Position numbers and translations under genes: made by a program
Assembly (NCBI GenBank): GCA_018814825.1
Contig: JAHIYJ010000034.1
Span: forward strand, 1-63,790
Source of the DNA: Candidatus Omnitrophota bacterium
GTDB taxonomy: Bacteria > Omnitrophota > Gorgyraeia > Gorgyraeales > Gorgyraeaceae
Direction: 5' to 3'
Length of the DNA stretch: 63,790 nt
In this document: piece by piece, positions 1 to 8,958 of the stretch
Position numbering within the stretch: the stretch's first letter is position 1
Layout: each line of letters starts with the position of its first letter
The notes under the pieces: generated by a model
Told to the model about the DNA's origin: nothing
The model's database searches: none
Seen by the model: the letters and a program-made list of their open reading frames with translations, nothing else

Positions 1-187
1 CATTCTTGGCCTTGATAGTAATACCGCGCTCGCGCTCCAGATCCATGGAATCCATGATACACTCGCCCATTTCTTCAATATTGCGGTCTACGTGAGTCTG
101 GCGCAGTATACTATCTATAAGCGTGGTCTTTCCATGGTCAACGTGCGCAATAATAGCTATATTTCTTATATTCGTTTTTTCTGTCAT
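1..187 (-). CDS. typA: Translational GTPase TypA/BipA, first 62 codons only (gene runs off the window start)
   Basis: Not in the ORF track because it is truncated by the window edge. The reverse complement of 1-187 reads from ATG (185-187): [62 protein letters not shown]. The G1 P-loop AHVDHGKTT and the [14 protein letters not shown] segment fit the TypA/BipA N-terminus. Confidence 0.85.
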   Translation of the reverse strand, partial: MTEKTNIRNIAIIAHVDHGKTTLIDSILRQTHVDRNIEEMGECIMDSMDLERERGITIKAKN

Positions 188-262
188 AAATTTTCTCTGA
201 TTATTTAAGATTACAGAATGTTATATGATACTACTTTGGTATAAAATACGCAAGCCTTATAT

Positions 263-1408
263 TTATCTCGGCAGGTTGAATATGAAATTTGAGCCTTTGC
301 CCGGGGAGCTCTCTACCCTTATACGGCCTTTATGGAGGGTGATTATGTCTTTCGCTATCGGCAATCCCAATCCAGTGCCTTCTTTTTTCTCAGCCAGTAC
401 CCTTACGAACTTATCAAAAATCTTTTCCGTCTCCTTGTTGGTCATGCCCGGTCCGGTATCCTGTATATCGACCTGTACCTCATCTTGAAGCTCCACCAGT
501 CTCAAGGCGATACCCCCTTTATCCGTGAATTTCATGGCGTTTCCTATCAGGTTCACGAAAACCTGCGTTAGCTTATCACGGTCGGCGCTTATCATAACCT
601 TTGAGTCCGGAAATTCCTTTTTCACGCCTATACCCTTGTCCCTGGCAAGTTTTTCAAATCCCTTCAGCACCTCTTCCGCCAGTTCCTTTATATCAAGACC
701 TTCTTTCTTAAGCTGCATCTTTCCTGATTCTATCTTGGACAAATCAAGAAGGTCGTTGACCAGCCTAGTAAGCCTCTCAGAGACCTTGAAAATATCCCCC
801 AGTATCTCTTTTTGTTTCGGCTGGACCTCGCCCGCATACCCCTCAAAAATATTATCGATATTGCCTTTTATTATAGTGAGCGGGGTCCTGAGCTCATGCA
901 CGACATTCGCCACAAAATCAGATTTCATCCTGTCCAGTTCCATTAATTTCTTATTTGTCTTTTCGAGCTCATCTTTTTTGAGCGCTATTTCTTTCCGGAA
1001 TTCCTCTCTTTCCAGCCTGGACCTATATTCCGCTATCGTCTTCCTGATCATCAGCGGCACGGAATCCTCATACCCTTCCCTCTTAGGCAGGTAGTCAAAC
1101 GCGCCTTCTTTCATTAGCTGGGCCGCAACCGCCTCATCACCCTGGCCTGTTATCATGACAATAGGTGTCTTGATAGCTTTTTTAATGACTTCCCGCAATG
1201 TCTCAAGCCCGCTTTTTTTTGGAAGGTTGTAATCCAGCAAAGCGATATCGAACGCGCCTTTCTCTAAGGTAATTATGCCGTCTTCCCCTGACACAACATG
1301 CGTAATATCATAATCAAATGAATTATCCCGCTGGAGCTTTTTTTTAACTATCAAGGCATCCGTAGGATTATCCTCGACCAGCAAAACCCTGATTTTTTCC
1401 TTGCTCAT
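263..1408 (-). CDS. Cytoplasmic hybrid response regulator-histidine kinase (REC + coiled coil + HisKA + HATPase_c)
   Basis: 381-aa ORF. Receiver motifs are VLLVEDNPTD, ALLDYNLP and DYLPK. Kinase motifs are H-box FVANVVHELRTPLT, N-box NLIGNAMKFT, G1 DTGPGM and G2 GTGLGLPIAK. No TM segment. 4-nt ATGA overlap with the upstream kinase gene. Confidence 0.9.
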   Translation of the reverse strand: MSKEKIRVLLVEDNPTDALIVKKKLQRDNSFDYDITHVVSGEDGIITLEKGAFDIALLDYNLPKKSGLETLREVIKKAIKTPIVMITGQGDEAVAAQLMKEGAFDYLPKREGYEDSVPLMIRKTIAEYRSRLEREEFRKEIALKKDELEKTNKKLMELDRMKSDFVANVVHELRTPLTIIKGNIDNIFEGYAGEVQPKQKEILGDIFKVSERLTRLVNDLLDLSKIESGKMQLKKEGLDIKELAEEVLKGFEKLARDKGIGVKKEFPDSKVMISADRDKLTQVFVNLIGNAMKFTDKGGIALRLVELQDEVQVDIQDTGPGMTNKETEKIFDKFVRVLAEKKEGTGLGLPIAKDIITLHKGRIRVESSPGKGSNFIFNLPR

Positions 1409-4089
1409 ATATTCGTCTCTTTCGCGTTTTTCTTGGGCAGGGTAAAGTAAAACGTGGTGCCCTTACCGGCCTCTGAATCCAGCCAGATCTTCCCTCCGTG
1501 GTTTTCGACTATCTTTTTAACTATGGTAAGGCCCGCTCCGGTGCCCTCATACTCACCTTTGGCGTGAAGACGCTGGAATATCTGAAAAACCTTGTCGTGA
1601 TATTGTTTCTCTATGCCTATGCCGTTATCCTTCACAAAAAACTCATACGAATCTCCCTTGTCCGAATAGCCAAGCTCTATTACGGGCCTTACGTCTTTTT
1701 TCGAGTACTTTATAGCATTGGAAACAAGGTTTGAGAACACTTCCGATACGCGTATCCCGTCACACATTACCTTCGGGAAATCGCCGGCTATCCTCAGGTC
1801 CGCCTTTTTCTCTTTGAGGGAATACTGCAGGTTCTTTTTTACATCCGATAGCAGCGCGTTCAAATCCACGTCAGGCTCTATATTTTTTATCCTGCCTATA
1901 CGGGACAGGTTCAGGAGGTCCTCAATAAGATTTGTCATGCGGCTGCTGGACTCAGATATGGTCTTAAGGTACTCTCTGCCCTCATCGTCAAGCCTATCCG
2001 AGTATTCTTCCATTAAAAGTTTAATGAAGGCCTTGACGCCCCTTAATGGTTCCTTTAGATCATGTGACACTATATACGTAAAATCATCCAGCTCTTTATT
2101 TTTTAAGCCCAGTGCGTTGTTTGCCTCCGCGAGCTGGGTCGTCCTTTCCTTTACCTTGTTCTCCAGATTCGTATAAAGTTCTTTAAGTTCCCCGGCCATC
2201 TTGTTAAACCCTTCCGCCAGATCCTGTATCTCATCCCCTGTCTTTATCTCAAACCTGTGGTCAAGGTTCCCTTTTCCTATTACCTCCGCGCCTTCGTAAA
2301 GCTTCTGAATAGGGTTAGTGATGGAGTTGGTGGTGTAAAAAATAATGAATACCGCTATAAGCGCCACGACGCCTATTATCACGAATATTGTGGTGTTTAT
2401 CACGGCTATCTGGTTTTTAAGGTACTTCTTATTATCCTCTATCTGTAACAACTCTTTGGTCACGGCCTTGTCCAGCTGGGCATTGAGGTCCTCTTCCAGT
2501 TTTACCAGGGTCCATCCCCTCCCCTTCATTATCTTATCCTGGGCGTCAATGACAGCCAATAACACGGTATTGAACCTATCCAGGTCGCTTTCTATCTGTT
2601 TTATAAGAGAGATTTCTTTGTCCGAGCTTACGAGATTCCTGTATTTATTCACGTACTTTTTTAAATTAAAGTATGTTTCTGAATATATATCCTTATATTG
2701 CGCGTCCTGTTCATTCAGGTAATTCGCGACTATCCTTGACGCGCTGGAAAATTCGTCTCTCATCCTGGCCAGTACCCACCTGGCGGGTATGCTGCCCTCA
2801 AGGACAGTCTGGACATCCTGGGATTTTTTGACGATATTCTCATTGTGGTCTAATAACTCGGCCATTTTTTTCTCCAGTTCATCTTTTATGCCCAACAACT
2901 CTTTTATATCAGCCTCTCTTTCGTCAAACGCGCTTATATTCGAATTCATGGCTTCCAGGATATTCTGATCGGACTTCACTATATCATTCAGGTATTCTTC
3001 CGAGCCTTTTAACCGCGCGTGACGGCCGTAATCCTTGAGATCCCTGTCTATATTCTGCCTCAACTGAGTGTACCTGTTTTTATAATTCTCGTCGCCTGTC
3101 AATATATACCTGCCGCTTAACCTCCAAGATTCAGCGACGTCTTTCTCGATCTTCGAGATGTTATGCATGGCGGGTATGTCTTCAGTGAGGGCGGCCCCTA
3201 CCCCTAACTTGGACGATATGCCCGTTTTTTTCAGGGCTAGCAGCTTATCCACGGTCTCCGTGAAAACTTTTTCTTTTGCGCGGATAGAATCCATGTAATC
3301 CTTGATATCTTTTTTAAGCCCCGCCACGGTATCCAGAGCCGCCTTCGTTTCCTCGGAGAGTTCTATCAGCTGAGCGGCCATGGACCGTTCTTTGTCCGAA
3401 AGGGAATAACCGTAATAATTTTTATAATCCCTTATGTTCTTCTGCAGAACCAGCAGGTCTTCGGTTAAAGACGCCTGGCTGATATCTCTCATGTTTACAA
3501 TGTAACTAAGAAGTCCTTCGAGCAACCCGGAAAATCTTGAGCCTATATCCATTATAAGCTGTGACGCCGGGATATATTGAGCCTGCAGCAGCAGAAGGTC
3601 TTTTTCCCCCAGCATCTTCTCTTCCTCAAACCTGAACAGCTCATCGATTATTTTTTTATATTTTATCTCTATCCCTTTCACGTCTTTAGACACGGACTTT
3701 ATTTTTTTCTTAGCGGCGAATATTCCTTCCGCCGTCGCGTTTATGTTCCCGATAAGCCCCTTCACCTGGCCTAACATCTCCGCCTCTTCATCGGTGGAAA
3801 TAAATTTTTTAAGACCCCGGATATCCTCCTCCAGGACCTTGTAGGAACGGTTAAACCCTACCTGAAAATTCTCATTGCCGGTTATTAGGAAATTGTTCAA
3901 TTCCGAAAGGAGATCTTCCGATGATATGGCTATTTCGTAAACGGCCCGGGAAGCGGGCAGGTCTTTAGCTAACACCTGGCTCAGGCCTTTGTAGATATGG
4001 CGCATGCTGTATATGGAAACAGCTCCAAGGACTATAACCAGGAGAAAAGTTATAAAGAAGCTCAGGCCTATCTTTCTGGAAATTCGCAT
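1405..4089 (-). CDS. Membrane sensor histidine kinase with very large helical extracytoplasmic sensor, HAMP, HisKA, HATPase_c
   Basis: 894-aa ORF. N-terminal TM (FFITFLLVIVLGAVSIY), then about 550 aa of helical sequence, then a second TM (IFVIIGVVALIAVFIIFY). HAMP is NPIQKLYEGAEVIGKGNLDHRFEIKTGDEIQDLAEGFNKM. Kinase motifs are H-box SHDLKEPLRG, N-box NLVSNAIKYS, G1 DNGIGI and G2 GTGAGLTIVKK. Confidence 0.9.
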   Translation of the reverse strand: MRISRKIGLSFFITFLLVIVLGAVSIYSMRHIYKGLSQVLAKDLPASRAVYEIAISSEDLLSELNNFLITGNENFQVGFNRSYKVLEEDIRGLKKFISTDEEAEMLGQVKGLIGNINATAEGIFAAKKKIKSVSKDVKGIEIKYKKIIDELFRFEEEKMLGEKDLLLLQAQYIPASQLIMDIGSRFSGLLEGLLSYIVNMRDISQASLTEDLLVLQKNIRDYKNYYGYSLSDKERSMAAQLIELSEETKAALDTVAGLKKDIKDYMDSIRAKEKVFTETVDKLLALKKTGISSKLGVGAALTEDIPAMHNISKIEKDVAESWRLSGRYILTGDENYKNRYTQLRQNIDRDLKDYGRHARLKGSEEYLNDIVKSDQNILEAMNSNISAFDEREADIKELLGIKDELEKKMAELLDHNENIVKKSQDVQTVLEGSIPARWVLARMRDEFSSASRIVANYLNEQDAQYKDIYSETYFNLKKYVNKYRNLVSSDKEISLIKQIESDLDRFNTVLLAVIDAQDKIMKGRGWTLVKLEEDLNAQLDKAVTKELLQIEDNKKYLKNQIAVINTTIFVIIGVVALIAVFIIFYTTNSITNPIQKLYEGAEVIGKGNLDHRFEIKTGDEIQDLAEGFNKMAGELKELYTNLENKVKERTTQLAEANNALGLKNKELDDFTYIVSHDLKEPLRGVKAFIKLLMEEYSDRLDDEGREYLKTISESSSRMTNLIEDLLNLSRIGRIKNIEPDVDLNALLSDVKKNLQYSLKEKKADLRIAGDFPKVMCDGIRVSEVFSNLVSNAIKYSKKDVRPVIELGYSDKGDSYEFFVKDNGIGIEKQYHDKVFQIFQRLHAKGEYEGTGAGLTIVKKIVENHGGKIWLDSEAGKGTTFYFTLPKKNAKETNI

Positions 4090-4142
4090 AGAAAGATTGT
4101 ATCACACTATACCAGAGCCATCAAGAATTGAATAAAAGGAAA

Positions 4143-5570
4143 TCAGGTGTGCGTGGCTGGATCCTCAAACCCGTCTGAAGGCGGTGGAAAATCTGGAGGC
4201 AGAGGGGGAGGGATATATGTTTCCGCCACTGGTTGACACCTGCCTAGCATGCATATTATGTCATCCTCGGTAAGCATGCTCACAGGCGCGTATAATCTGT
4301 ATCTTACCTTCACCGGGGAATTTATAGCCGGTATCTTGCCTTTGGCTCCGTCCCCGAAATAGATACTGGTGTAACTTCCGGAATCGAGTTTTACTAAATA
4401 ATCCCTGCTTGTGGAGGAGCTTTTTATCAGACTGTCATTCTTATTCCACTTTTCGTATCTCGCTCCTTCATCGACAAATACGTCAAGGTCGTATATCACA
4501 AACCCCGCGTTATCAAGCTCAAAACTCTGAAAAGGCTTCCCGTCGCTTACCCCGACCACCTTTTCCACGGGGCAATCGTATAAAACCTTCGCGAGCTCTT
4601 CACGGGTCAATAATCCTGCGGGGTCGCTTTCAGTAAATATATTTATCCCCTTTTTCGAAAGTATGCCTGACTCAAGCAAATAAAGCTCTTTTTCGCTGAG
4701 TTTGTAATAATCTTCCGACAGTTCCCTTTCCAGGTGCATTGTCCTTATCAGGAGATCCGCGAAATTCGCCCTGGTAAGCACCCTGGAAGGGTTATGTTCT
4801 TTCCTGAGCGAACCGGCTATCGCGGGATTGGACAGCACCTGTACCACTTCGCATTCAGTCACAAACTCCTCTTCCTTCCCGAAAATCTTATATGATGCCT
4901 TAAGTTTGGAACCCACGACCGGAATCTTTCCTTTTTCATCATCCCCCAGGACCACCCTGGCTTCACCGTATGAATCCAGCTTTATTACATAATGCCTGCT
5001 GCCCGGGAGGCTTTGCTCGAAATTCTGTTTTCTTTCCCACTCTTCAAAATCCTTGCCTTCGTCCACATAGAACTTCGCGTCATAAATAACTAACCCGTCA
5101 TTCGCCAGATCAAAAACCTGGTTCCCCAATCCGCTGGAATAACCCAGGCTCTCTTCCGCCGTAATATCTTTCAACACACTGGCAAATTCATCCCTGGTCA
5201 GTGGATCCAGGGCGTTTTTCCCTGAAAATATATCTATGCCCTTGTCTGATAAAATCCCAGACTCCATGTTATAACGGTCTATATCTGTCAAATTATCCAT
5301 ACCGGGCAGTTCCCTATCCAGTCTCAGTACCTGGGAAAGAATATCCACAAATGATAACCGGGTCACGGGGATGTATTTTACAGGGCCTCCCTCTTTGCAT
5401 TTTTTAGCCGCTTCCAGCAGAAGGCTATTAACTGGCTCACATGGCCCTCTCTCAAGACAGGCAATGCCTTCCTGTGTTTCGCGTTTTACCCTGCAGATAT
5501 CAGCCAGAGATATGTTTATAGTAAATAATATTGCTCCCAGGAAAACAAAGAAATAAATTATTTTTTTCAT
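4143..5570 (-). CDS. Secreted protein with internal ~200-aa tandem duplication (SLH-like segments plus beta-rich module) and Pro-rich C-terminal tail
   Basis: 475-aa ORF with SD GGAGGTG upstream and signal peptide MKKIIYFFVFLGAILFTINISLA. Two collinear repeats (about aa 65-235 and 270-440) share (V/L)TRxxFxDxL, ESGILSxKGIxIF, LTRxExAxVL, VIYDxxxxVDEGxxxExW, Y(V/L)(I/V)KLDS and GDxxKGKIPxxxSxxKxxY. The tail is PPPLPPDFPPPSDGFEDP. Confidence 0.7.
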   Translation of the reverse strand: MKKIIYFFVFLGAILFTINISLADICRVKRETQEGIACLERGPCEPVNSLLLEAAKKCKEGGPVKYIPVTRLSFVDILSQVLRLDRELPGMDNLTDIDRYNMESGILSDKGIDIFSGKNALDPLTRDEFASVLKDITAEESLGYSSGLGNQVFDLANDGLVIYDAKFYVDEGKDFEEWERKQNFEQSLPGSRHYVIKLDSYGEARVVLGDDEKGKIPVVGSKLKASYKIFGKEEEFVTECEVVQVLSNPAIAGSLRKEHNPSRVLTRANFADLLIRTMHLERELSEDYYKLSEKELYLLESGILSKKGINIFTESDPAGLLTREELAKVLYDCPVEKVVGVSDGKPFQSFELDNAGFVIYDLDVFVDEGARYEKWNKNDSLIKSSSTSRDYLVKLDSGSYTSIYFGDGAKGKIPAINSPVKVRYRLYAPVSMLTEDDIICMLGRCQPVAETYIPPPLPPDFPPPSDGFEDPATHT

Positions 5571-5636
5571 ATTTCACCTCCAATATAAAAACGTTAAAGT
5601 TATTTGTATTTAAAATGCTTTTATAATACTTAAAGT

Positions 5637-5665
5637 ATTATACCAAAACTATCCCTTTCTGGCAA
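5637..5665 (-). promoter_or_regulatory. Sigma70-type promoter with extended -10 for the 475-aa secreted protein gene
   Basis: Minus-strand reading: TTGCCA (-35, 5660-5665), 17-nt spacer ending in TG, TATAAT (-10, 5637-5642). It lies about 65 nt upstream of the ATG at 5570. A 19-bp perfect palindrome overlaps the -10 (see findings). Confidence 0.6.
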
Positions 5666-5676
5666 GCTTTTTTTGC

Positions 5677-6258
5677 CTAATCTTTTAAATGCACATCCGC
5701 GTATATCGCGAGCATTTCCTGTATTTTCCTGGGAGGGAGGATGACGAAATAATGGTCTATTATGCAATGCGCCATTTCGTGGGCAAGTATCCCCTCGTTT
5801 ATGACCCTTTCCGTAGTATATATTGTATTAGTCTTGTATATATAAAAAGAATCCGCTGTATTCTGCTCGTGGAATATTTCTTCGTATACATTATCCAGGG
5901 TGTCTTTGCTTTTATAGATATTAATAACCACGTTTATCTTGGAAGGAAACATATCCAGGATGTTCTCGACCCTGGCGAATATGGAGTCTAATTTCTCGGC
6001 CAGGATCTCCTCTGTGGATAAATCTCTTTTTTTCCTGAGGCTGCGAAGGCTATAAAAACTTGAGAAATTCAGGTTTATCCTCCTGCTCACCACCTTTAGA
6101 TTAACCCCCTCTTCATAAAAAACAGTGCAGAACCTTGATGTCAATATTCGTCTTTCAGCCTCTTCCGGCTCATCCTGAGAAAACACGGGGCCGGGCCAGG
6201 AAAGACTCGCTAAAAAACTTATCAGGAGGAATAACGGTAAAGTCTTTCTAATCTCCAT
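5677..6258 (-). CDS. Secreted HExxH protein (putative zinc metallopeptidase-like, uncharacterised family)
   Basis: 193-aa ORF. Signal peptide LPLFLLISFLASLSWPGPVFS and HExxH motif in ILAHEMAHCIIDH. No further family assignment is possible by eye. Confidence 0.6.
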   Translation of the reverse strand: MEIRKTLPLFLLISFLASLSWPGPVFSQDEPEEAERRILTSRFCTVFYEEGVNLKVVSRRINLNFSSFYSLRSLRKKRDLSTEEILAEKLDSIFARVENILDMFPSKINVVINIYKSKDTLDNVYEEIFHEQNTADSFYIYKTNTIYTTERVINEGILAHEMAHCIIDHYFVILPPRKIQEMLAIYADVHLKD

Positions 6259-6262
6259 CAGC

Positions 6263-6865
6263 CTATCCGCAGTTCACCTTGAAATATCCTAGGGCTTTTT
6301 TAAGATCGCTCTTATCTTTCTTTAATTCCGAGACTACTTTCTTTATATCATCTTTCAACAGCATTTCACTGTTCGACCTGTCTGAAAGCTGTTCGATCAG
6401 GCTATCCAGTTTATCGGACACACCCATGACTTTAAGAAGACCTATCCTCAGGTCATCCGTCATCTTATTGAACGTCCCCACGAGGTTCTGGAACTGGTCT
6501 TTCTGCCTGATCTGTAAACCCGAGTACAGGTTTCCGGCTCCAACCTGTTCGGCGTATTTCTTAAACCTGTACATAGGGCCTGCCACCCTGTGCGTCATAA
6601 GCATGACTACTACGGCTGTCACCATGGCTATTAGAAGCCCCACTATGGCTCCTCCTAATAATAAACCCGGGAGCAGGTAATCGGCCGTGCTCTTCACCAC
6701 CAACCTTGAGTTTTCAAAAGACGTGGTAAGCGTTTTGCTGGAAAAAATGTATAGTATTACCCCGAAGATCACACACCCTATCGCCACCAGGCCGCAGAAC
6801 TTCAGTATAAACTCAGCCTGAAAGGCCTTGTTTATAAAATAATTTTTACGCTTATAATTGGCCAT
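6263..6865 (-). CDS. Two-TM membrane protein with cytoplasmic HAMP domain and coiled-coil tail
   Basis: 200-aa ORF. TM1 is LVAIGCVIFGVILYIF and TM2 is LLLGGAIVGLLIAMVTAVVVMLM. A HAMP-like segment follows: HRVAGPMYRFKKYAEQVGAGNLYSGLQIRQKDQFQNLVGTFNKMTDDL. Confidence 0.75.
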   Translation of the reverse strand: MANYKRKNYFINKAFQAEFILKFCGLVAIGCVIFGVILYIFSSKTLTTSFENSRLVVKSTADYLLPGLLLGGAIVGLLIAMVTAVVVMLMTHRVAGPMYRFKKYAEQVGAGNLYSGLQIRQKDQFQNLVGTFNKMTDDLRIGLLKVMGVSDKLDSLIEQLSDRSNSEMLLKDDIKKVVSELKKDKSDLKKALGYFKVNCG

Positions 6866-7442
6866 GAGATCCTCCTCCGGTTATTTTTCCGAACACGTCT
6901 TCCAGGACATCTTCGTTAATCTTTATATACGCTCGTTTTTTTAATTCCTCTGCCCACGCGCTCATCGCCTCTGACTCTTTCTCCTGTCTTATGGCCTTTA
7001 TTATCTCGCCCCTGACTCTTGAAAGAGGAAGTTTTTCCCCTGAATCCCTGTAATACTCCTCTACCTCATTCTCGTATACATGGGTAAAACCTGAAATCTC
7101 CTTGCTCTTTTTTTCCAGCAAAAGCCTCAGGAGGGCCTGTTCCCAGTAATTCTCAATACTCTTCATAAAATCTTTTTCTCTGTCAAGACCCAGGCGCTGG
7201 GCTTCCTGCAGAAGGACCTCTTTTTCCAGGAGCTGGTTTACATACTCCATCCTGCCCTCCTTTGTCTCAAGAAGAGATTTCTCGTCATAAGGCGTATGCT
7301 TCAAATCGTACCGCAGGTCATCCGCCTTCATCTTGTAATCATTGACCTGAGCTACAACGCCTTCATCGCCTCCATTTCTCTCAGATGAGCATCCGGCAAA
7401 GATAAAGCCGGATATCAAGATAACCACAAATACCATCTTCAT
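6852..7442 (-). CDS. Lipoprotein, SurA/PpiD N-terminal chaperone-like (tentative)
   Basis: The track ORF is 6852-7463. A strong SD AAGGAGG lies 6 nt upstream of the internal ATG at 7440-7442, giving MKMVFVVILISGFIFAGCSS (lipobox FAGC). The mature part is helical and K/E-rich, with no parvulin motif seen. 14-nt overlap with the downstream gene. Confidence 0.6.
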   Translation of the reverse strand: MKMVFVVILISGFIFAGCSSERNGGDEGVVAQVNDYKMKADDLRYDLKHTPYDEKSLLETKEGRMEYVNQLLEKEVLLQEAQRLGLDREKDFMKSIENYWEQALLRLLLEKKSKEISGFTHVYENEVEEYYRDSGEKLPLSRVRGEIIKAIRQEKESEAMSAWAEELKKRAYIKINEDVLEDVFGKITGGGSHGQL

Positions 7443-7506
7443 AAAATCCTCCTTAATGAGCACTGGGTTTATGGAGTCTGAAAGACGACATAAACCAATG
7501 TGCGAA

Positions 7507-8955
7507 TTACCTGGCCCCTATCGAGAAAAGGACAGCAGGTATCGTTTTCAGTAAAATCTTAAGGTCCAAGCTCAGAGACCAGTTATCTATATATTCCAGA
7601 TCCATCTTCATCCATTTATGAAAATCCACGTTATTACGGCCGTTGGCCTGCCACAGGCAAGTGAGGCCGGGCTTCATGCTCAGCCTTCTCCTCTGCCATA
7701 TTTCATATTTTTCGACTTCTTCAGACACAGGCGGCCTTGGCCCAACAAAAGACATCTCTCCCTTCAGTATATTGAAAAGCTGAGGCAATTCATCCAGGCT
7801 GGTCCTGCGCAAGAATCTCCCGAATTTTGTCACCCTGGGGTCGTTGCGCATCTTGAATACCGGCCCGTCCATCTCGTTAAAACCGTTGAGTGTCTCTTTT
7901 TCCTTGTCAGCCCCGTTTATCATGGTCCTGAACTTATACATTATGAACTTCCTGCCGTTCAGTCCGCTGCGGACCTGTTTGAATATGGCTGGCCCCGGAC
8001 ATACTCTCTTTATGATAACCGTAAGCGCCACAAAAAGCGGGAACAAGAGAATTATGCCTGCCAGTGAGAATATTATATCAAATAACCTCTTAATTAACAA
8101 TTGCCATTCTTCGCCTACCGTGGCGCTGAACATCATAAGAGGAATCCCCTCTATATCCCCGGCAGTGGAACTGGCTATATTCATGTTGAAAAAATCCGTG
8201 GCGATATGCGCGTTAATGCCGCGGATCTCGCAATCAAGCAGGCTTTTCTCTATAAAGGGGAGCCATTTCCTAGGCACGATAAATATAACCTCATCGATAA
8301 CGTTTCGGGTCAGGATTTCAGGAATATCCTCTAAGACGCCTATGACTTTTTCGCCTCGCACGACCCGGCCTAACATCTCCCTCTCAGCGTCTATTAACCC
8401 GACGATCCTCAGTCCCCACTCCCTGTGTTTCTGAACAAGACTTATAAAATTCTCGGCCCTCTGCCCTGTGCCGACCACCAGTATATTCCTGTAATTATAA
8501 CCTTGTTTTCTCAGGAACCTGAGCACGATAACTATAAGCCACCTCTCGAGAGTCAACAGGAACCCAGCTATAAAAAACGAGGAAATTATTAAGCTCCTGC
8601 TGACGAAATCCAGTTTAAATATAAAAACCGCGGTGGCGAAAACTACCATTACGAAAAAACCGCTTTTCGCGATACCCCATACTAACTCAAAAAACTTTTT
8701 TCTCCTGAAAGATTCATATAACCCTGATGAACTCAAAGCCGCCCACCAGGCAAACAGAAAAAACGGCAATATGCCGATGTACTTTTGGGATCCTTTCAGT
8801 TCCCCTAGGATATGTCTCTCGGGGAAAAAATCGAGAGAATAGAAGTCCTGAATATTCTGCCTGAACCTGAAGGCGATTAAAAAAGCCACGAGCACCACGC
8901 TTAAATCAAGCACCATCAATAATTTTCTTAAAAGCTGTTCTTTCGCTTTAATCAT
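7507..8955 (-). CDS. Initiating polyprenyl-phosphate sugar-1-phosphate transferase (WbaP/EpsB type, Bac_transf domain)
   Basis: 482-aa ORF. N-terminal TM bundle, Rossmann-like NILVVGTGQRAENFI, and a C-terminal KRLFDIIFSLAGIILLFPLF...MYKFRTM...DELPQLFNILKGEMSFVGPRPP signature. Confidence 0.9.
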   Translation of the reverse strand: MIKAKEQLLRKLLMVLDLSVVLVAFLIAFRFRQNIQDFYSLDFFPERHILGELKGSQKYIGILPFFLFAWWAALSSSGLYESFRRKKFFELVWGIAKSGFFVMVVFATAVFIFKLDFVSRSLIISSFFIAGFLLTLERWLIVIVLRFLRKQGYNYRNILVVGTGQRAENFISLVQKHREWGLRIVGLIDAEREMLGRVVRGEKVIGVLEDIPEILTRNVIDEVIFIVPRKWLPFIEKSLLDCEIRGINAHIATDFFNMNIASSTAGDIEGIPLMMFSATVGEEWQLLIKRLFDIIFSLAGIILLFPLFVALTVIIKRVCPGPAIFKQVRSGLNGRKFIMYKFRTMINGADKEKETLNGFNEMDGPVFKMRNDPRVTKFGRFLRRTSLDELPQLFNILKGEMSFVGPRPPVSEEVEKYEIWQRRRLSMKPGLTCLWQANGRNNVDFHKWMKMDLEYIDNWSLSLDLKILLKTIPAVLFSIGAR

Positions 8956-8958
8956 GAC

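Noticed and set aside
4096-4134. Promoter for the large sensor kinase gene (TTGATG-17-TACAAT or TGgTATAGT)
   Set aside because: Two overlapping candidates exist, but either would give a leader of 0-10 nt with no SD. I could not decide between a leaderless transcript and read-through from upstream, so it is not listed as a feature.
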